The notes below the pieces were generated by a model, which was not told the origin of the DNA, searched no databases, and saw only the letters and a list, made by a program, of their open reading frames with translations. DNA of 50,185 nt, from assembly GCA_034659315.1 (NCBI GenBank), contig JAYEGZ010000024.1, positions 1,759-51,943 of the forward strand, in the 5' to 3' direction. The stretch comes from Methanobacteriota archaeon (GTDB lineage: Archaea; Halobacteriota; Methanosarcinia; Methanosarcinales; Methanogasteraceae). Each line of letters begins with the position of its first letter. The stretch's first letter is position 1. A program made the position numbers and the translations under genes. This document shows positions 35,402 to 44,631 of this stretch, one piece after another.

Positions 35402-37789
35402 TCATTCAGCGAAATTCGATGTCCATTCCGGCTTCTCTGGTGGGCTCGCAGCAAGAATCTCTCGCCATGCCTCGTCGGTGAGTCTCTCACTCATCGGCTG
35501 CTTGAATTCGTAATAGCTCATAACAGGACCTGCTCCGATGAGGATTCTCCCGTCGGGGAGCTTGTATGCGACAACGATCAGATCAACGTATCCAACGCCC
35601 TCTTCAAGAACCTGCTTTGTATTGCCGTCCGTATGCACATCGGCAACAATCGTCGTCTTCTTTGCCTTATCCTCAACACCAGCGATGACGCCATCCAGAT
35701 TATCGCCAAAGTTCTTGATAAAATCGTAATCAGCCTCTGTTAGCTCCTTGTTTTCCAGTTCCTTTGACGAGATCTCAACAAGCCGCTCAAGTATCTCTTC
35801 CAGACTTTCCAGCCGGTATTTCGCAGAACCGTCGAGAACACCCATCTCGCCAAGACCGCTGTTCGTCATCCGTGTAAGCGCAAGCAACCGGTTGTAGAAC
35901 TCAGGAACCGGTTCGACGTATCCAACAACGGGTGTCTCCTTTTCAAGAGGCATACTGGTAGTCATCGCGGTGTAGCTCTGCTTGGCATAGAGAATCGTGT
36001 CGTGCCTGAGTTCTGTCCATGATGCAAGAGCAGTGGTCAGTTCCTTATCTTGCCACGCGCTGGTCTGCATGAACGTTGGATAACCCGCGCCGCGGTCATT
36101 GAGCAGGGGCTTTAATGCAAAGAGCCATGACCAGTAGAGGTTCCTGTTCCAGTCCGCATAATCAAACGAGTCAAATTCTCCCTTCAACTCGTCATACTGG
36201 TGAGTATACTCCTTGTAATTGGAATCGTCCAGTTCATCCAGTAGTTCCCTCGACCGATCAGACCCAAGGAGCGCCATTACATCAAGACCTCGGGGAAATC
36301 CCCTGACCGGTCTTCCGGCACCATCGATTATGAGCGTGAACGGCTCTCCGTCTCCTTGATAAAGGTCGGTGTATGTCCCGACAAGGTTTGTGAACATGTA
36401 CGAGTCAGGAATGAACCGCTGCCCCATCATCCGAAATCCTTTGGTGTTTTCGAGGCACTGATCCGCCTGCTCCGGGGTAAACGGTGGCAGTATCACGCAG
36501 GCTCCGGTCCCGCCGTATATTTCAGGAGACCTGTGCTCTGCCAGTTTCGCTTTCACTGCCCCGATCGTCTCCTCGTTTAAGTCACTTCGGTCGAATGTTT
36601 CCCCGAAGACATGGTTCAACGCATCTATGTACTCATAAGGTCCAAGATCATCAGATAATCCCACATAAAAAGCTGTTACCGCGTAAATTCGATCCCACTT
36701 GTCCATGAGCTCCTGATTCCCTCCAAATTCGGATGATATCAGGCAGGCAGCCATCGTCTGGATTCTTGCGTCCTCTGTGGAGATTAGACCCTCCTCCGAG
36801 TACGGGTCGGTCGTCCCGGGCGGTATCGTGTCAGAGCCCTTGAGTAACATGCTCATCCTGCCGTACCACATAAACGCCTTGAAATAGTTCTTCAGCTTCT
36901 CCGAGCGCGTGTAGTGCCCTCTCGGGACGTACTGGGAATAATCTTCACTGTAAATGAAAATAGGAGACTCTGCAAACCCGGAATGCTCGTCGATCAATTT
37001 TAATTCATCTTCAACATCATCAGCGACAAGCGACGGGACTTCAAAACGGTATCGCGCCAGATCCTCTTTCTCAAAGTAAGCGTCTGTACACTCCCACTCG
37101 TTCTCACTCTGGCAGACCTGTTCCGGAGATGGCTTGAGTAAGTTTAATCCGACTGCAAAGTATGCAACATTCCTCCTTGATGCCTCTTTCAGCTCGCCGT
37201 CCGAATTTTCGTAAGATTCCATCGAATCGTTCAGTAATTCCCCGCTGATCTCCCAGATCAAGTCATAGAATTCCTGCTCCTCTATCTGCCGCAGCGTCTC
37301 GTCGAACTGGATGTGATAAAGGTGCAACAGTGAATCGGTGGTGACGAATACCGGTATCTTGTCATCAGCGAGCGTCTTGTATGGCTGGATAATATCATCT
37401 TCCGCCCGGTAGACTGGATTTTCGATCACAACAAAGCCGTTCTCTTCAAGCAGACTCGTGGCACTGTTGCTGAGCTGGATTTTTTCTGAAAACGAATCGT
37501 AATTTGAGATCTGGTCTGTTTGTAGTGGCAAATCGTACTCTGGAACCTTCAGATCGATACTCAACGGTTGCAGCGAGTAGTGTCTGGCAAAATCCATGGT
37601 ATCTGTTGCGGCGCTGGACAGATCAATTGGTTCTGTAGCGAGTTTTGCTTCCTGAACCGGTTCTGATTCTGATTCCGGTTGATGTTGACCTTGGTCCGGG
37701 TCCGGTTGAACCGTTTCGTGAGCACCCTGATCAACACAACCACTGATAACTATCGACAGGACGACAAGCGCCAGAATTACACCCCTCAT
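35402..37789 (-). CDS. DUF3160-like large secreted lipoprotein
   Basis: Signal peptide with a lipobox-like VISGC, then a Pro/Glu/Gln-rich linker. IPVFVTTDSLLHLYH and YVPRGHYTRSEKLKNYFKAFMWYGRM resemble DUF3160. I chose the ATG at 37789; the track start at 37846 is TTG. Confidence 0.65.
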   Translation of the reverse strand: MRGVILALVVLSIVISGCVDQGAHETVQPDPDQGQHQPESESEPVQEAKLATEPIDLSSAATDTMDFARHYSLQPLSIDLKVPEYDLPLQTDQISNYDSFSEKIQLSNSATSLLEENGFVVIENPVYRAEDDIIQPYKTLADDKIPVFVTTDSLLHLYHIQFDETLRQIEEQEFYDLIWEISGELLNDSMESYENSDGELKEASRRNVAYFAVGLNLLKPSPEQVCQSENEWECTDAYFEKEDLARYRFEVPSLVADDVEDELKLIDEHSGFAESPIFIYSEDYSQYVPRGHYTRSEKLKNYFKAFMWYGRMSMLLKGSDTIPPGTTDPYSEEGLISTEDARIQTMAACLISSEFGGNQELMDKWDRIYAVTAFYVGLSDDLGPYEYIDALNHVFGETFDRSDLNEETIGAVKAKLAEHRSPEIYGGTGACVILPPFTPEQADQCLENTKGFRMMGQRFIPDSYMFTNLVGTYTDLYQGDGEPFTLIIDGAGRPVRGFPRGLDVMALLGSDRSRELLDELDDSNYKEYTHQYDELKGEFDSFDYADWNRNLYWSWLFALKPLLNDRGAGYPTFMQTSAWQDKELTTALASWTELRHDTILYAKQSYTAMTTSMPLEKETPVVGYVEPVPEFYNRLLALTRMTNSGLGEMGVLDGSAKYRLESLEEILERLVEISSKELENKELTEADYDFIKNFGDNLDGVIAGVEDKAKKTTIVADVHTDGNTKQVLEEGVGYVDLIVVAYKLPDGRILIGAGPVMSYYEFKQPMSERLTDEAWREILAASPPEKPEWTSNFAE

Positions 37790-37842
37790 ACGACTATGAT
37801 CAGGGATGCATTGGTTATAAGTGTTTTGCTTTGATACCTCAG

Positions 37843-38334
37843 TCAATGAACCCCGCTCTTAAGCGTGTGCGCTATTGCACCGCCGCTAACAAGGATTTCA
37901 GAGAGGACAAACGCCCATGCAAGCAAGTATCCTGCGGTACCAAGGACGTTGCAGGCAGAATGCGCAAAAATTGCGCCGTCCAGATCACACAGCGGCAGCG
38001 CGTCGATCCATGCCCTGCACAGGAAGACGACACCGATCATATGCATCATCCTGCTGTTGCATGAATATATCAGCGCTAATCCAACCAGTATTAACCCAAC
38101 ACTGCCCGCGGCAGCGATGAACAGCGTGTCGATCGAGGTCATCTCCCCGTGCACAAACATCGAACCTGTAGTGAGTGTAATATCCCCGAGTGACACCGTA
38201 TATCCAAGTGTAATCGCAATTGCTGAATGGAACCACTCGTGCCCAAGCGTCGCCGAACCCCATCCAAAGACAAGACATATCGCACCAACGATTGCATCAT
38301 CAATGTTACTCCACAGTTTTTCTGTTTCCCCCAT
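37843..38334 (-). CDS. Small polytopic membrane protein with HExxH and LDG motifs (M50 / site-2-protease-like)
   Basis: 163 aa and about 5 TM helices. It carries LGHEWFHSAIA (HExxH) in a TM region and LPLCDLDGAIF (LDG), the arrangement seen in M50 intramembrane metalloproteases. Confidence 0.5.
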   Translation of the reverse strand: MGETEKLWSNIDDAIVGAICLVFGWGSATLGHEWFHSAIAITLGYTVSLGDITLTTGSMFVHGEMTSIDTLFIAAAGSVGLILVGLALIYSCNSRMMHMIGVVFLCRAWIDALPLCDLDGAIFAHSACNVLGTAGYLLAWAFVLSEILVSGGAIAHTLKSGVH

Positions 38335-38544
38335 TTTGCTTATACCCCAATACTACATTATCATCACACCACATAACCCTGCACCCACCGCCTATACAAA
38401 CGCACAATGACGATCAACCCCAGAAGATCATCATCATTATAATAATTGTCACTTATTATTTAAAAACATTGTGGTCACACATACGATGGGTTTAACTATA
38501 GGGGGCTACCTTCAAACATCCGACATAAAACATGGAGGTAAATT

Positions 38545-38940
38545 ATGAACGAAAAGACAGGTATACTGCTACTTGGACATGGGAGCACGCGCCCCCACAA
38601 CAGGGAGCTCGTTGAGAATATGGCAGAAATGATCGCCAATCAGAAGAACGTCCTTGTGCGAACAGCGTTTCTGAACATGGACAAGCCAGACCTCAAAGAT
38701 GGTTTGGAGAGTTTCAAGGGAACGGGTATCGACAGAATTGTCGCGCTCCCGCTATTCCTTGCACATGGCGTTCACACACTCGAAGACATCCCTGAGGAAC
38801 TGAATCTGGGCGATGACAAAAAAGCGGTGGTTGATATCGACGGAACAAGTGTCGAGGTTCTGTATGCAGAGCCGCTTGGCGCCGATCCACGCATAGCCGA
38901 TATCGCATACAGCAGGGCAGAGGAAGCACTCGCCCGCTGA
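38545..38940 (+). CDS. cfbA: Small CbiX-type chelatase (sirohydrochlorin nickel/cobalt chelatase)
   Basis: GILLLGHGSTRPHNRELV, RIVALPLFLAHGVHTLEDIPEEL and the 131-aa size fit CbiX(S)/CfbA. GGAGGT SD precedes the ATG, and the cfbE-like gene is adjacent. Confidence 0.8.
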   Translation: MNEKTGILLLGHGSTRPHNRELVENMAEMIANQKNVLVRTAFLNMDKPDLKDGLESFKGTGIDRIVALPLFLAHGVHTLEDIPEELNLGDDKKAVVDIDGTSVEVLYAEPLGADPRIADIAYSRAEEALAR

Positions 38941-38942
38941 AC

Positions 38943-40286
38943 ATGTATATTGCGGTGCTCGATCTGACGCATGGCGGCAGTCTGATCGCGCAGTGTCTTG
39001 CAGGGATTACAGAGACTGGCACACAAACAGTCACTGCTGTTGATGTGTATCACACGCTTGACCGGGGCGTGAGGGCGGGTCTCGAATCACGCGGCATATC
39101 TGTGCTGGCAGAACCGCCTGATGCGAGCAGTTTCGATCTGATCGTCTCGCCCGTGCATCTGGACTCTGCATACCCAACACTTGCTGGTGCTCGTGCGGCA
39201 GAGGTGCCGGTAATCACACACCATGCTGCTGTCTGCAAGATTATGCAGAGCCACCTTCAGGGCTACGAGGTGATTGAGGTCACCGGCACGACCGCGAAGA
39301 CAAGCACTGTGCGAACGCTTGCAGAGATTATATCATCGTGTGCCGGCAGGAGCGTTGTATCGCATTCAAGCGCGGGTGTAGAGTACTGGGACGGCTCAGG
39401 TGGCAGCAACCCGCAAGTGATCGCCAAGTTTAGCATCACGCCCGCAAGCATCATTGAGGTTGTGAAGTCTGCCAGAGACGCGCACGATCCGGATGTGTTC
39501 ATATTTGAAGTCTCACTTGGTGGCACAGGTCTTGCAAACATAGGTATCGTCACCACGTTTGCAGGTGACTACCTGATCGCAAACGACACGACAACAGCGT
39601 CCGGTGCAAAGATGCAGATGGTGCGGCAGGCAAAACCCGGATCAACGCTGATTCTGGGACGCGATGTTGTGTCAGTGCCTGTTTCAGACCTGGTTGCAGA
39701 CACCTTCACATTTGGAGATGGTGGTGACATATATTTTGAGAGTGTCACACCGGAACGCTGTGTGATCGCGGCTGCTGACACACGCATCGAGTTTGCAGTC
39801 CGGAATTATGATATCTTCTCGTACAAAACAGCGATTCTTGCTGCGGTGGCTGCTGCGATCTCGATGAATGTTGACCCTGGATGTATAGAATCGTTTCTTG
39901 GAAATTTCTGCGGCGTAAGCGGTAGGATGAAAGTCTCAGAGGTCGAAGGTAGAACAATCATTGATAACTCGAACTCTGGCATGAATATGCCGTCAGCAGA
40001 GTCTGCGATAAATCATGCCAGACGCATCGCAGGAGATACGGGGGAATTAGGTAAGATTGTCCTGATTATTGGAATCGAGGAGTACAACGTCTGCGAGGGG
40101 CTTGATTCCGGGAGAGTAATCGAATTAATCACAGAAAACAGGGATTTTGTCAATGAGGTCATCACAGTTGGCATAAATACTGATTTTGCACAAGAAGTGC
40201 CCGGTCTGGACGAAGGAATGGATCTTGCAATGGATATGACCAGGGCGGGCGATCTGATTATATCGTGCGTCAAGTGCTTCAGGTAG
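38943..40286 (+). CDS. cfbE: Mur-ligase-like coenzyme F430 synthetase
   Basis: The N-terminus IAVLDLTHGGSLIAQ, the Mur-ligase P-loop variant VIEVTGTTAKTST, the 447-aa size and its position directly after cfbA support the call. Confidence 0.7.
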   Translation: MYIAVLDLTHGGSLIAQCLAGITETGTQTVTAVDVYHTLDRGVRAGLESRGISVLAEPPDASSFDLIVSPVHLDSAYPTLAGARAAEVPVITHHAAVCKIMQSHLQGYEVIEVTGTTAKTSTVRTLAEIISSCAGRSVVSHSSAGVEYWDGSGGSNPQVIAKFSITPASIIEVVKSARDAHDPDVFIFEVSLGGTGLANIGIVTTFAGDYLIANDTTTASGAKMQMVRQAKPGSTLILGRDVVSVPVSDLVADTFTFGDGGDIYFESVTPERCVIAAADTRIEFAVRNYDIFSYKTAILAAVAAAISMNVDPGCIESFLGNFCGVSGRMKVSEVEGRTIIDNSNSGMNMPSAESAINHARRIAGDTGELGKIVLIIGIEEYNVCEGLDSGRVIELITENRDFVNEVITVGINTDFAQEVPGLDEGMDLAMDMTRAGDLIISCVKCFR

Positions 40287-40962
40287 GTGGCGTCACTAAT
40301 CTCACACACGTCCCGAGCTCCTCTCCGCGCACGGCGCTAAGAACGTTTGACGGGTCGCTCCCGTCGATCACGACTGTGGGAATCCCTGACCGTTCGATGA
40401 TCTTTGCCGCAAGCATGTCAAGCGGCAGGTTCGCGCCAGCACCCATCTTTTCCGCAGCGATAAGCCCGACCAACTGTTCCGGGGAGATCTCGTCCATTTT
40501 CACCGCATCGGGATGTTTCTTCGGATCTTTCGTATATATCCCGTCTGTTGCGGTGGCATTGATCAAGATGTCCGCATGTGCGCATTCGGCGAGTATGGCA
40601 GCAACCGCATCGGTTGTGTGCCCGGGGATTGTCCCCCCCATAACAACGATCCGCCCAGAGAGCGATGCAACCACGGCATCCTCCTGTGTTTCAGGTGGAA
40701 CCGGGTACGCATCATGCCCCATAGCGGCGATGAGGATGCGTGCATTTAACCGGGTAACTCCAATTCCAATCGCATCACAGAACGCCTCGTCTGCTCCGAA
40801 TGTGCGGGCTTTCTCTATATAATCGCGGGCAGTTGCTCCGCCACCGACCACCACAAAGACCGTGTGATCCGATGACAGAGTCTTAAGTACCTTCGAATAT
40901 TCGGCGAACCGGTGCTGACCGTGACTGATTACCGAGCCGCCGACCGACAGGACAATGATCAT
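40279..40962 (-). CDS. pyrH: Uridylate (UMP) kinase, archaeal type
   Basis: IVLSVGGSVI, FVVVGGGATARDYI, VMGGTIPGHTTDAVAAILAE and TDGIYTKDPKKHPDA match. The ATG overlaps the atpE TGA (ATGA). Confidence 0.9.
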   Translation of the reverse strand: MIIVLSVGGSVISHGQHRFAEYSKVLKTLSSDHTVFVVVGGGATARDYIEKARTFGADEAFCDAIGIGVTRLNARILIAAMGHDAYPVPPETQEDAVVASLSGRIVVMGGTIPGHTTDAVAAILAECAHADILINATATDGIYTKDPKKHPDAVKMDEISPEQLVGLIAAEKMGAGANLPLDMLAAKIIERSGIPTVVIDGSDPSNVLSAVRGEELGTCVRLVTPPT

Positions 40963-41516
40963 GTCTGTTCAAACAGGATCTGCGATACCTGTTTCATCGA
41001 CCGCTCGCTGACCTCATCCATGATTGTATCAAACGTATAATCCAGCCTCACAGTTCTATCATCAGTTTCAAGGAGGATTCCACCTATACAGTCGATGTCG
41101 CCTGCGTATTTGATCGATCGATCGGTACAGAGTTGCTCAACGGTCGATCGATCCTGCTGACTTGAGTACACACGGGTAGCATCGCCACTATGTGCATCGA
41201 TCAATGACTGCAAGAGCGCTGTGCTATCCTGCTCGCGAATACGCTTCAGTGCCTGACGATATGTCTCATCCAGTATCTCTTTGCGCATGTTCAGGATCAT
41301 CCTTCTCACCTCGAGATTCGCGCCTGAGAGTTCCTGCTTGCTGATACGCCCTGCCTCAGTCTCGGCGGATGCAACCATCTCGCCGGTTGTCCGTTCGCCG
41401 GTGCGCTTCGCCTCCTCGATGATTTTTGAGACCTCGCTGTCACGTTCCGCAGTGATTGCAGAGACCTCATCCTGTGCGCTTTTCAGGATGTCAGAAACGA
41501 CGTTTTCCAGTCCCAT
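40959..41516 (-). CDS. atpE: A-type ATP synthase subunit E
   Basis: 185 aa. The N-terminal charged coiled coil (ILKSAQDEVSAITAERDSEVSKIIEEAKR) and a globular C-terminus fit, as does its position after atpK. Confidence 0.8.
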   Translation of the reverse strand: MGLENVVSDILKSAQDEVSAITAERDSEVSKIIEEAKRTGERTTGEMVASAETEAGRISKQELSGANLEVRRMILNMRKEILDETYRQALKRIREQDSTALLQSLIDAHSGDATRVYSSQQDRSTVEQLCTDRSIKYAGDIDCIGGILLETDDRTVRLDYTFDTIMDEVSERSMKQVSQILFEQT

Positions 41517-41518
41517 GG

Positions 41519-41782
41519 TTAGATGATCATCATAATCGCGATAACGAATCCGAAGATTACGATGGTTTCCGGAATGACGGTCATAATCAAGCCCTTACCA
41601 AAGAGCTCCTCTTTCTCGGTGAATGCTCCGACCGCTGCGGAACCGATGTCTTTCTCAGCGAGACCTGAGCCAAGTCCTGCAAGTCCAACTGCAAGTCCTG
41701 CGCCGATCGCGATCAAACCGTTCTGGTTTGCTATCAGTTGTTCAGCTGATGCTGCTGCTATATCTACTGGTATTGTCATCAT
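41519..41782 (-). CDS. atpK: A-type ATP synthase proteolipid subunit K (c)
   Basis: 87-aa two-helix hairpin with Gly-rich helix 1 (GAGLAVGLAGLGSG) and the carboxylate motif IPETIVIFG in helix 2. Confidence 0.85.
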   Translation of the reverse strand: MMTIPVDIAAASAEQLIANQNGLIAIGAGLAVGLAGLGSGLAEKDIGSAAVGAFTEKEELFGKGLIMTVIPETIVIFGFVIAIMMII

Positions 41783-43713
41783 TATTCCTCTGTGTATGTT
41801 CTGTTATATCCAAATGGATCGTATATTCTGCCCCCGCCGTCGTAGAACTTGGTAAAGAATTCCACATACTGCAGCCTGAGCGCATGAAGTCCGGGGGCAA
41901 TCACGCTCAGTGCGGTATTGATCGCATGTCCAAGTATGAATATGAGCACTGCGACGATTATGAAGACACCTCCACTCGACCACATCATTCCGGCCATGAT
42001 GTTGACTGCCGACGCGATGCCGATCGATGATAGACCCACTGCAAGCAGTCGTGAGTACGAAAGGATGTTACTCAAGATGGATGGTATCTCAATTATTGCG
42101 GTGCCACCCTCTCCTGCAATCAGCATGATGACTGCAACCACGAATACAGCTGCACCCGGCAACATGCCTGGCACAATATCCATCATCCCGAACAGGAGAA
42201 GGAATATACCAAGTTGCAGCACCATCCAGCCGCCCTTTTCGAGTATCGCCGCTTTCATGCCGTGTTTCGTGAGCACATTTCGGAACCCAAGGATAAACCC
42301 TGTGTTGATATGTATCACACCGATTAAGAGGGTCACGACCAGAAGGGTGGTCACGAGGTGTGTTCTGTGGATCGGGTATGTGATATGCTCATTACCCAGA
42401 CCGGCGAAGAGTTCAATTGTGTGCCACCCCGGAATCAATCCCGGATGTCCGTGAAGCCCTGCCAGCGGAAACCCGAGGAATTCCGCATATAATATCCCGA
42501 AGAAGAGTGTGGATATGTTGCAGTAGATCAGGACGGTAAATAGTGAGTTCCACCCTTCGCCATGCAGTTTGGATCTGCCGTAGAGGGCTATTCCAAGTAA
42601 TATTAATGCATATCCAATGTCTCCAAGGATCATTCCATAGAAGAGCGGGAATGCTATAAATACAAATGTGGTCGGGTCTATCTCGTGGTATTTCGGACGG
42701 GCATAGAGATTCATGACCGCTTCAAACGGCTTCACGATCTTCGGGTTGTCGTATTCTATCGGGATATTTGCATCGTCAGCGGCAACCCCGTCAGTTGCTC
42801 CTTCGTGTAGTGTGACATGAACCCTGTCGCCGGTCGCCTCTTTGACACGTGATTCCAGTGTCTCGAACTCGTCATCCGGAACCCAGCCGTCGATTATGAA
42901 AGCGTGCTCGGATGTTGCAAAGAAGAGTGGTGCCTCCTTCTTCTGGGTCTCGATGGAGAGCAGTTCCTCGCTTGCGAGAATGAACTCCTCGTACTGTGCT
43001 TTCATCGAATCGATCTCAGAAGAGAGAGATTCAAGATCGTTTACAAACATGTCGTGCCGGGTTTTAAGTTCGCCAAGCAGTTCATCGGGCACACCAGACA
43101 TCGCGGGTATAGCAACCTCATTAAATAGAGCGTCATTTAGCAGTTTGGCGACCTCATCAGTGTATTTAGCCGGAACAAATAACACGATCGTGCCGGTGGT
43201 GCCGACATATAACTGGTAATCAGTAGTGATCCGGTTCAGGCTAGCTTCAATCTCTGCACCCTTCTTGATCGTACCGGCAAAGACGTGAAGTGTGTCATAT
43301 CCTCTACAAAGATTAAAATTTAAAGGAATTCCTGAAAAAACTCTGATTTCATGTATGTTTGTCTCTGCGCCCTTTACATTTGCCTCGATCTCGGATTTTC
43401 TCTTCAGTTTTTCCGAAACCGCGGACTCAAGTTCGTCGAGTTTCCCAACGAGTTCCGACGATACTTTTTCGGCGCTGGTTGGCTCAAGATATGGTTTTTT
43501 GATGCCAAGAAAATTTGCGATCGAGCGCAGTTTAAGCAGCATCCGTGAGTCCTGATCCGCGCCGGCAAGTGGTTTGCCGATGCTGAAATACTCCTCTTCG
43601 GTATACTCCTCGATATGCACAACATGCATGTCGTGCATGACCTCTATGGTCGGTTCAAGATAATCCTTGTGACCAACGAACAGCACCCTACTCATCTGCT
43701 TTGGCTTCAGCAT
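41782..43713 (-). CDS. atpI: A-type ATP synthase subunit I (a)
   Basis: Cytoplasmic N-half starting MLKPKQMSRVLFVGHKD, and a polytopic C-half with SYSRLLAVGLSS and LHALRLQYVEFFTKFY. I chose the ATG at 43713, which overlaps the atpH end by 26 nt. Confidence 0.9.
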   Translation of the reverse strand: MLKPKQMSRVLFVGHKDYLEPTIEVMHDMHVVHIEEYTEEEYFSIGKPLAGADQDSRMLLKLRSIANFLGIKKPYLEPTSAEKVSSELVGKLDELESAVSEKLKRKSEIEANVKGAETNIHEIRVFSGIPLNFNLCRGYDTLHVFAGTIKKGAEIEASLNRITTDYQLYVGTTGTIVLFVPAKYTDEVAKLLNDALFNEVAIPAMSGVPDELLGELKTRHDMFVNDLESLSSEIDSMKAQYEEFILASEELLSIETQKKEAPLFFATSEHAFIIDGWVPDDEFETLESRVKEATGDRVHVTLHEGATDGVAADDANIPIEYDNPKIVKPFEAVMNLYARPKYHEIDPTTFVFIAFPLFYGMILGDIGYALILLGIALYGRSKLHGEGWNSLFTVLIYCNISTLFFGILYAEFLGFPLAGLHGHPGLIPGWHTIELFAGLGNEHITYPIHRTHLVTTLLVVTLLIGVIHINTGFILGFRNVLTKHGMKAAILEKGGWMVLQLGIFLLLFGMMDIVPGMLPGAAVFVVAVIMLIAGEGGTAIIEIPSILSNILSYSRLLAVGLSSIGIASAVNIMAGMMWSSGGVFIIVAVLIFILGHAINTALSVIAPGLHALRLQYVEFFTKFYDGGGRIYDPFGYNRTYTEE

Positions 43714-44032
43714 GAACCGTCCTCTCAAATTCTGCGAGTAAAAAATCAACCGCGGCATCGATCCTGCCCGATGCAGCATCTTTCAGTGCTTTTGCATCAA
43801 CCTCTCCCTTCTGGAGGATCGTTTTCCGCTCTTCAGCTATCCTATTTTTTTCGGCATCCATCAGGTGATCGGCATGATCCCGTGCGCGCTCTTCAGCACT
43901 GTTTGAGATTCCACGCGCCTCTGCTCTGGCATCGGCGATTATCTTCCGTGTGTCCTCGTGTGCCTGCGCAACCATTGCTTTTGCATCGGATTCCGCCTGT
44001 TTGATCCGTTCAAGGATTTCGCTTTCACTCAT
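43688..44032 (-). CDS. atpH: A-type ATP synthase subunit H
   Basis: All-helical charged protein (ILERIKQAESDAKAMVAQAHEDTRKIIADARAEA...) immediately upstream of atpI. The ATG at 44032 is preceded by GAGGGA. Confidence 0.7.
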   Translation of the reverse strand: MSESEILERIKQAESDAKAMVAQAHEDTRKIIADARAEARGISNSAEERARDHADHLMDAEKNRIAEERKTILQKGEVDAKALKDAASGRIDAAVDFLLAEFERTVHAEAKADE

Positions 44033-44074
44033 CGATTCCCTCACTGGTACATGTACCATGATAAATGCTTCGTT

Positions 44075-44353
44075 TCAGATGTTTGCTTGCTCAAGGAACA
44101 CGCCCTTGAGTTCATCGCACATCGCAGTCACTTTAGCAAGCGCGCTGCGTACCGCCTGTATCGGATCCACGCCGCTTGTGCGCACATACATGATCGGTTC
44201 GCTGATGCCGAGATACCTGATATCATAGCTCGCAATCTCGACCGCATCATCTTCCAAAAGGGTTGATTTTAGCAGGTTCAACAGGGTGTGCGTCTCGCCT
44301 GCAAGTTCCATCTCCAGTTCAGTATCTGTTTTATTCAGGATCTTCAGATTCAT
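44075..44353 (-). CDS. rpoL: DNA-directed RNA polymerase subunit L (Rpo11)
   Basis: MNLKILNKTDTELEMELAGETHTLLNLLKSTLLEDDAVEIASYDIRYLGISEPIMYVRT fits the RpoL pattern (GE.HTL.NLL, A.Y...HP-like). I chose the 92-aa version starting at ATG 44353. Confidence 0.8.
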   Translation of the reverse strand: MNLKILNKTDTELEMELAGETHTLLNLLKSTLLEDDAVEIASYDIRYLGISEPIMYVRTSGVDPIQAVRSALAKVTAMCDELKGVFLEQANI

Positions 44354-44492
44354 CAGGTTACATACTCCATGTCTTTGCAATTGCCTTGTAGTGCAGTATT
44401 GAAGTATTCTATGCTTCAAGGTATCGTTTGTTTCGGTGGCGGTGATGTATGGCTGGACTGGGGGGAAGATCGGAGATGGGTTTGTTTCGGCG

Positions 44493-44511
44493 AAAAATGG
44501 GGTGACGCCCC
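44493..44511 (-). terminator. GC hairpin followed by T5 on the minus strand, downstream of the glycoside operon
   Basis: The minus strand reads GGGGCGUCACCCC AUUUUU. It lies about 120 nt after the stop of the beta-PGM-like gene (44632) and before the rpoL promoter region. Confidence 0.4.
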
Positions 44512-44631
44512 GTGCAGGCAGAACCTGCCAGACACCATACGCGCGGTCGCGCTATATGGGGACTGGTAAATAAGAGATTAACTAGCTCCAAGTGGACCGG
44601 TCCCCGGGATACTCATGATAATCAGAGACTC

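Noticed and set aside
37865-38410. 181-aa plus-strand ORF
   Set aside because: It is antisense to the HExxH/LDG membrane protein. The minus-strand protein has coherent TM helices and motifs; the plus-strand translation does not.
40265-40822. 185-aa plus-strand ORF, and similar antisense ORFs at 41918..42454, 42842..43219 and 8947..9414
   Set aside because: All are antisense to strongly supported genes (pyrH, atpI, SNF2), with Ser/Ala/Pro-rich composition.
44499-44605. Cluster of short GC hairpins and a 9-bp long-range stem (ggggactgg / ccggtcccc), considered as a tRNA or sRNA
   Set aside because: A cloverleaf cannot be drawn and no conserved tRNA boxes are present. The first hairpin plus T5 is better explained as the terminator of the glycoside operon, and the rest as the rpoL promoter region.
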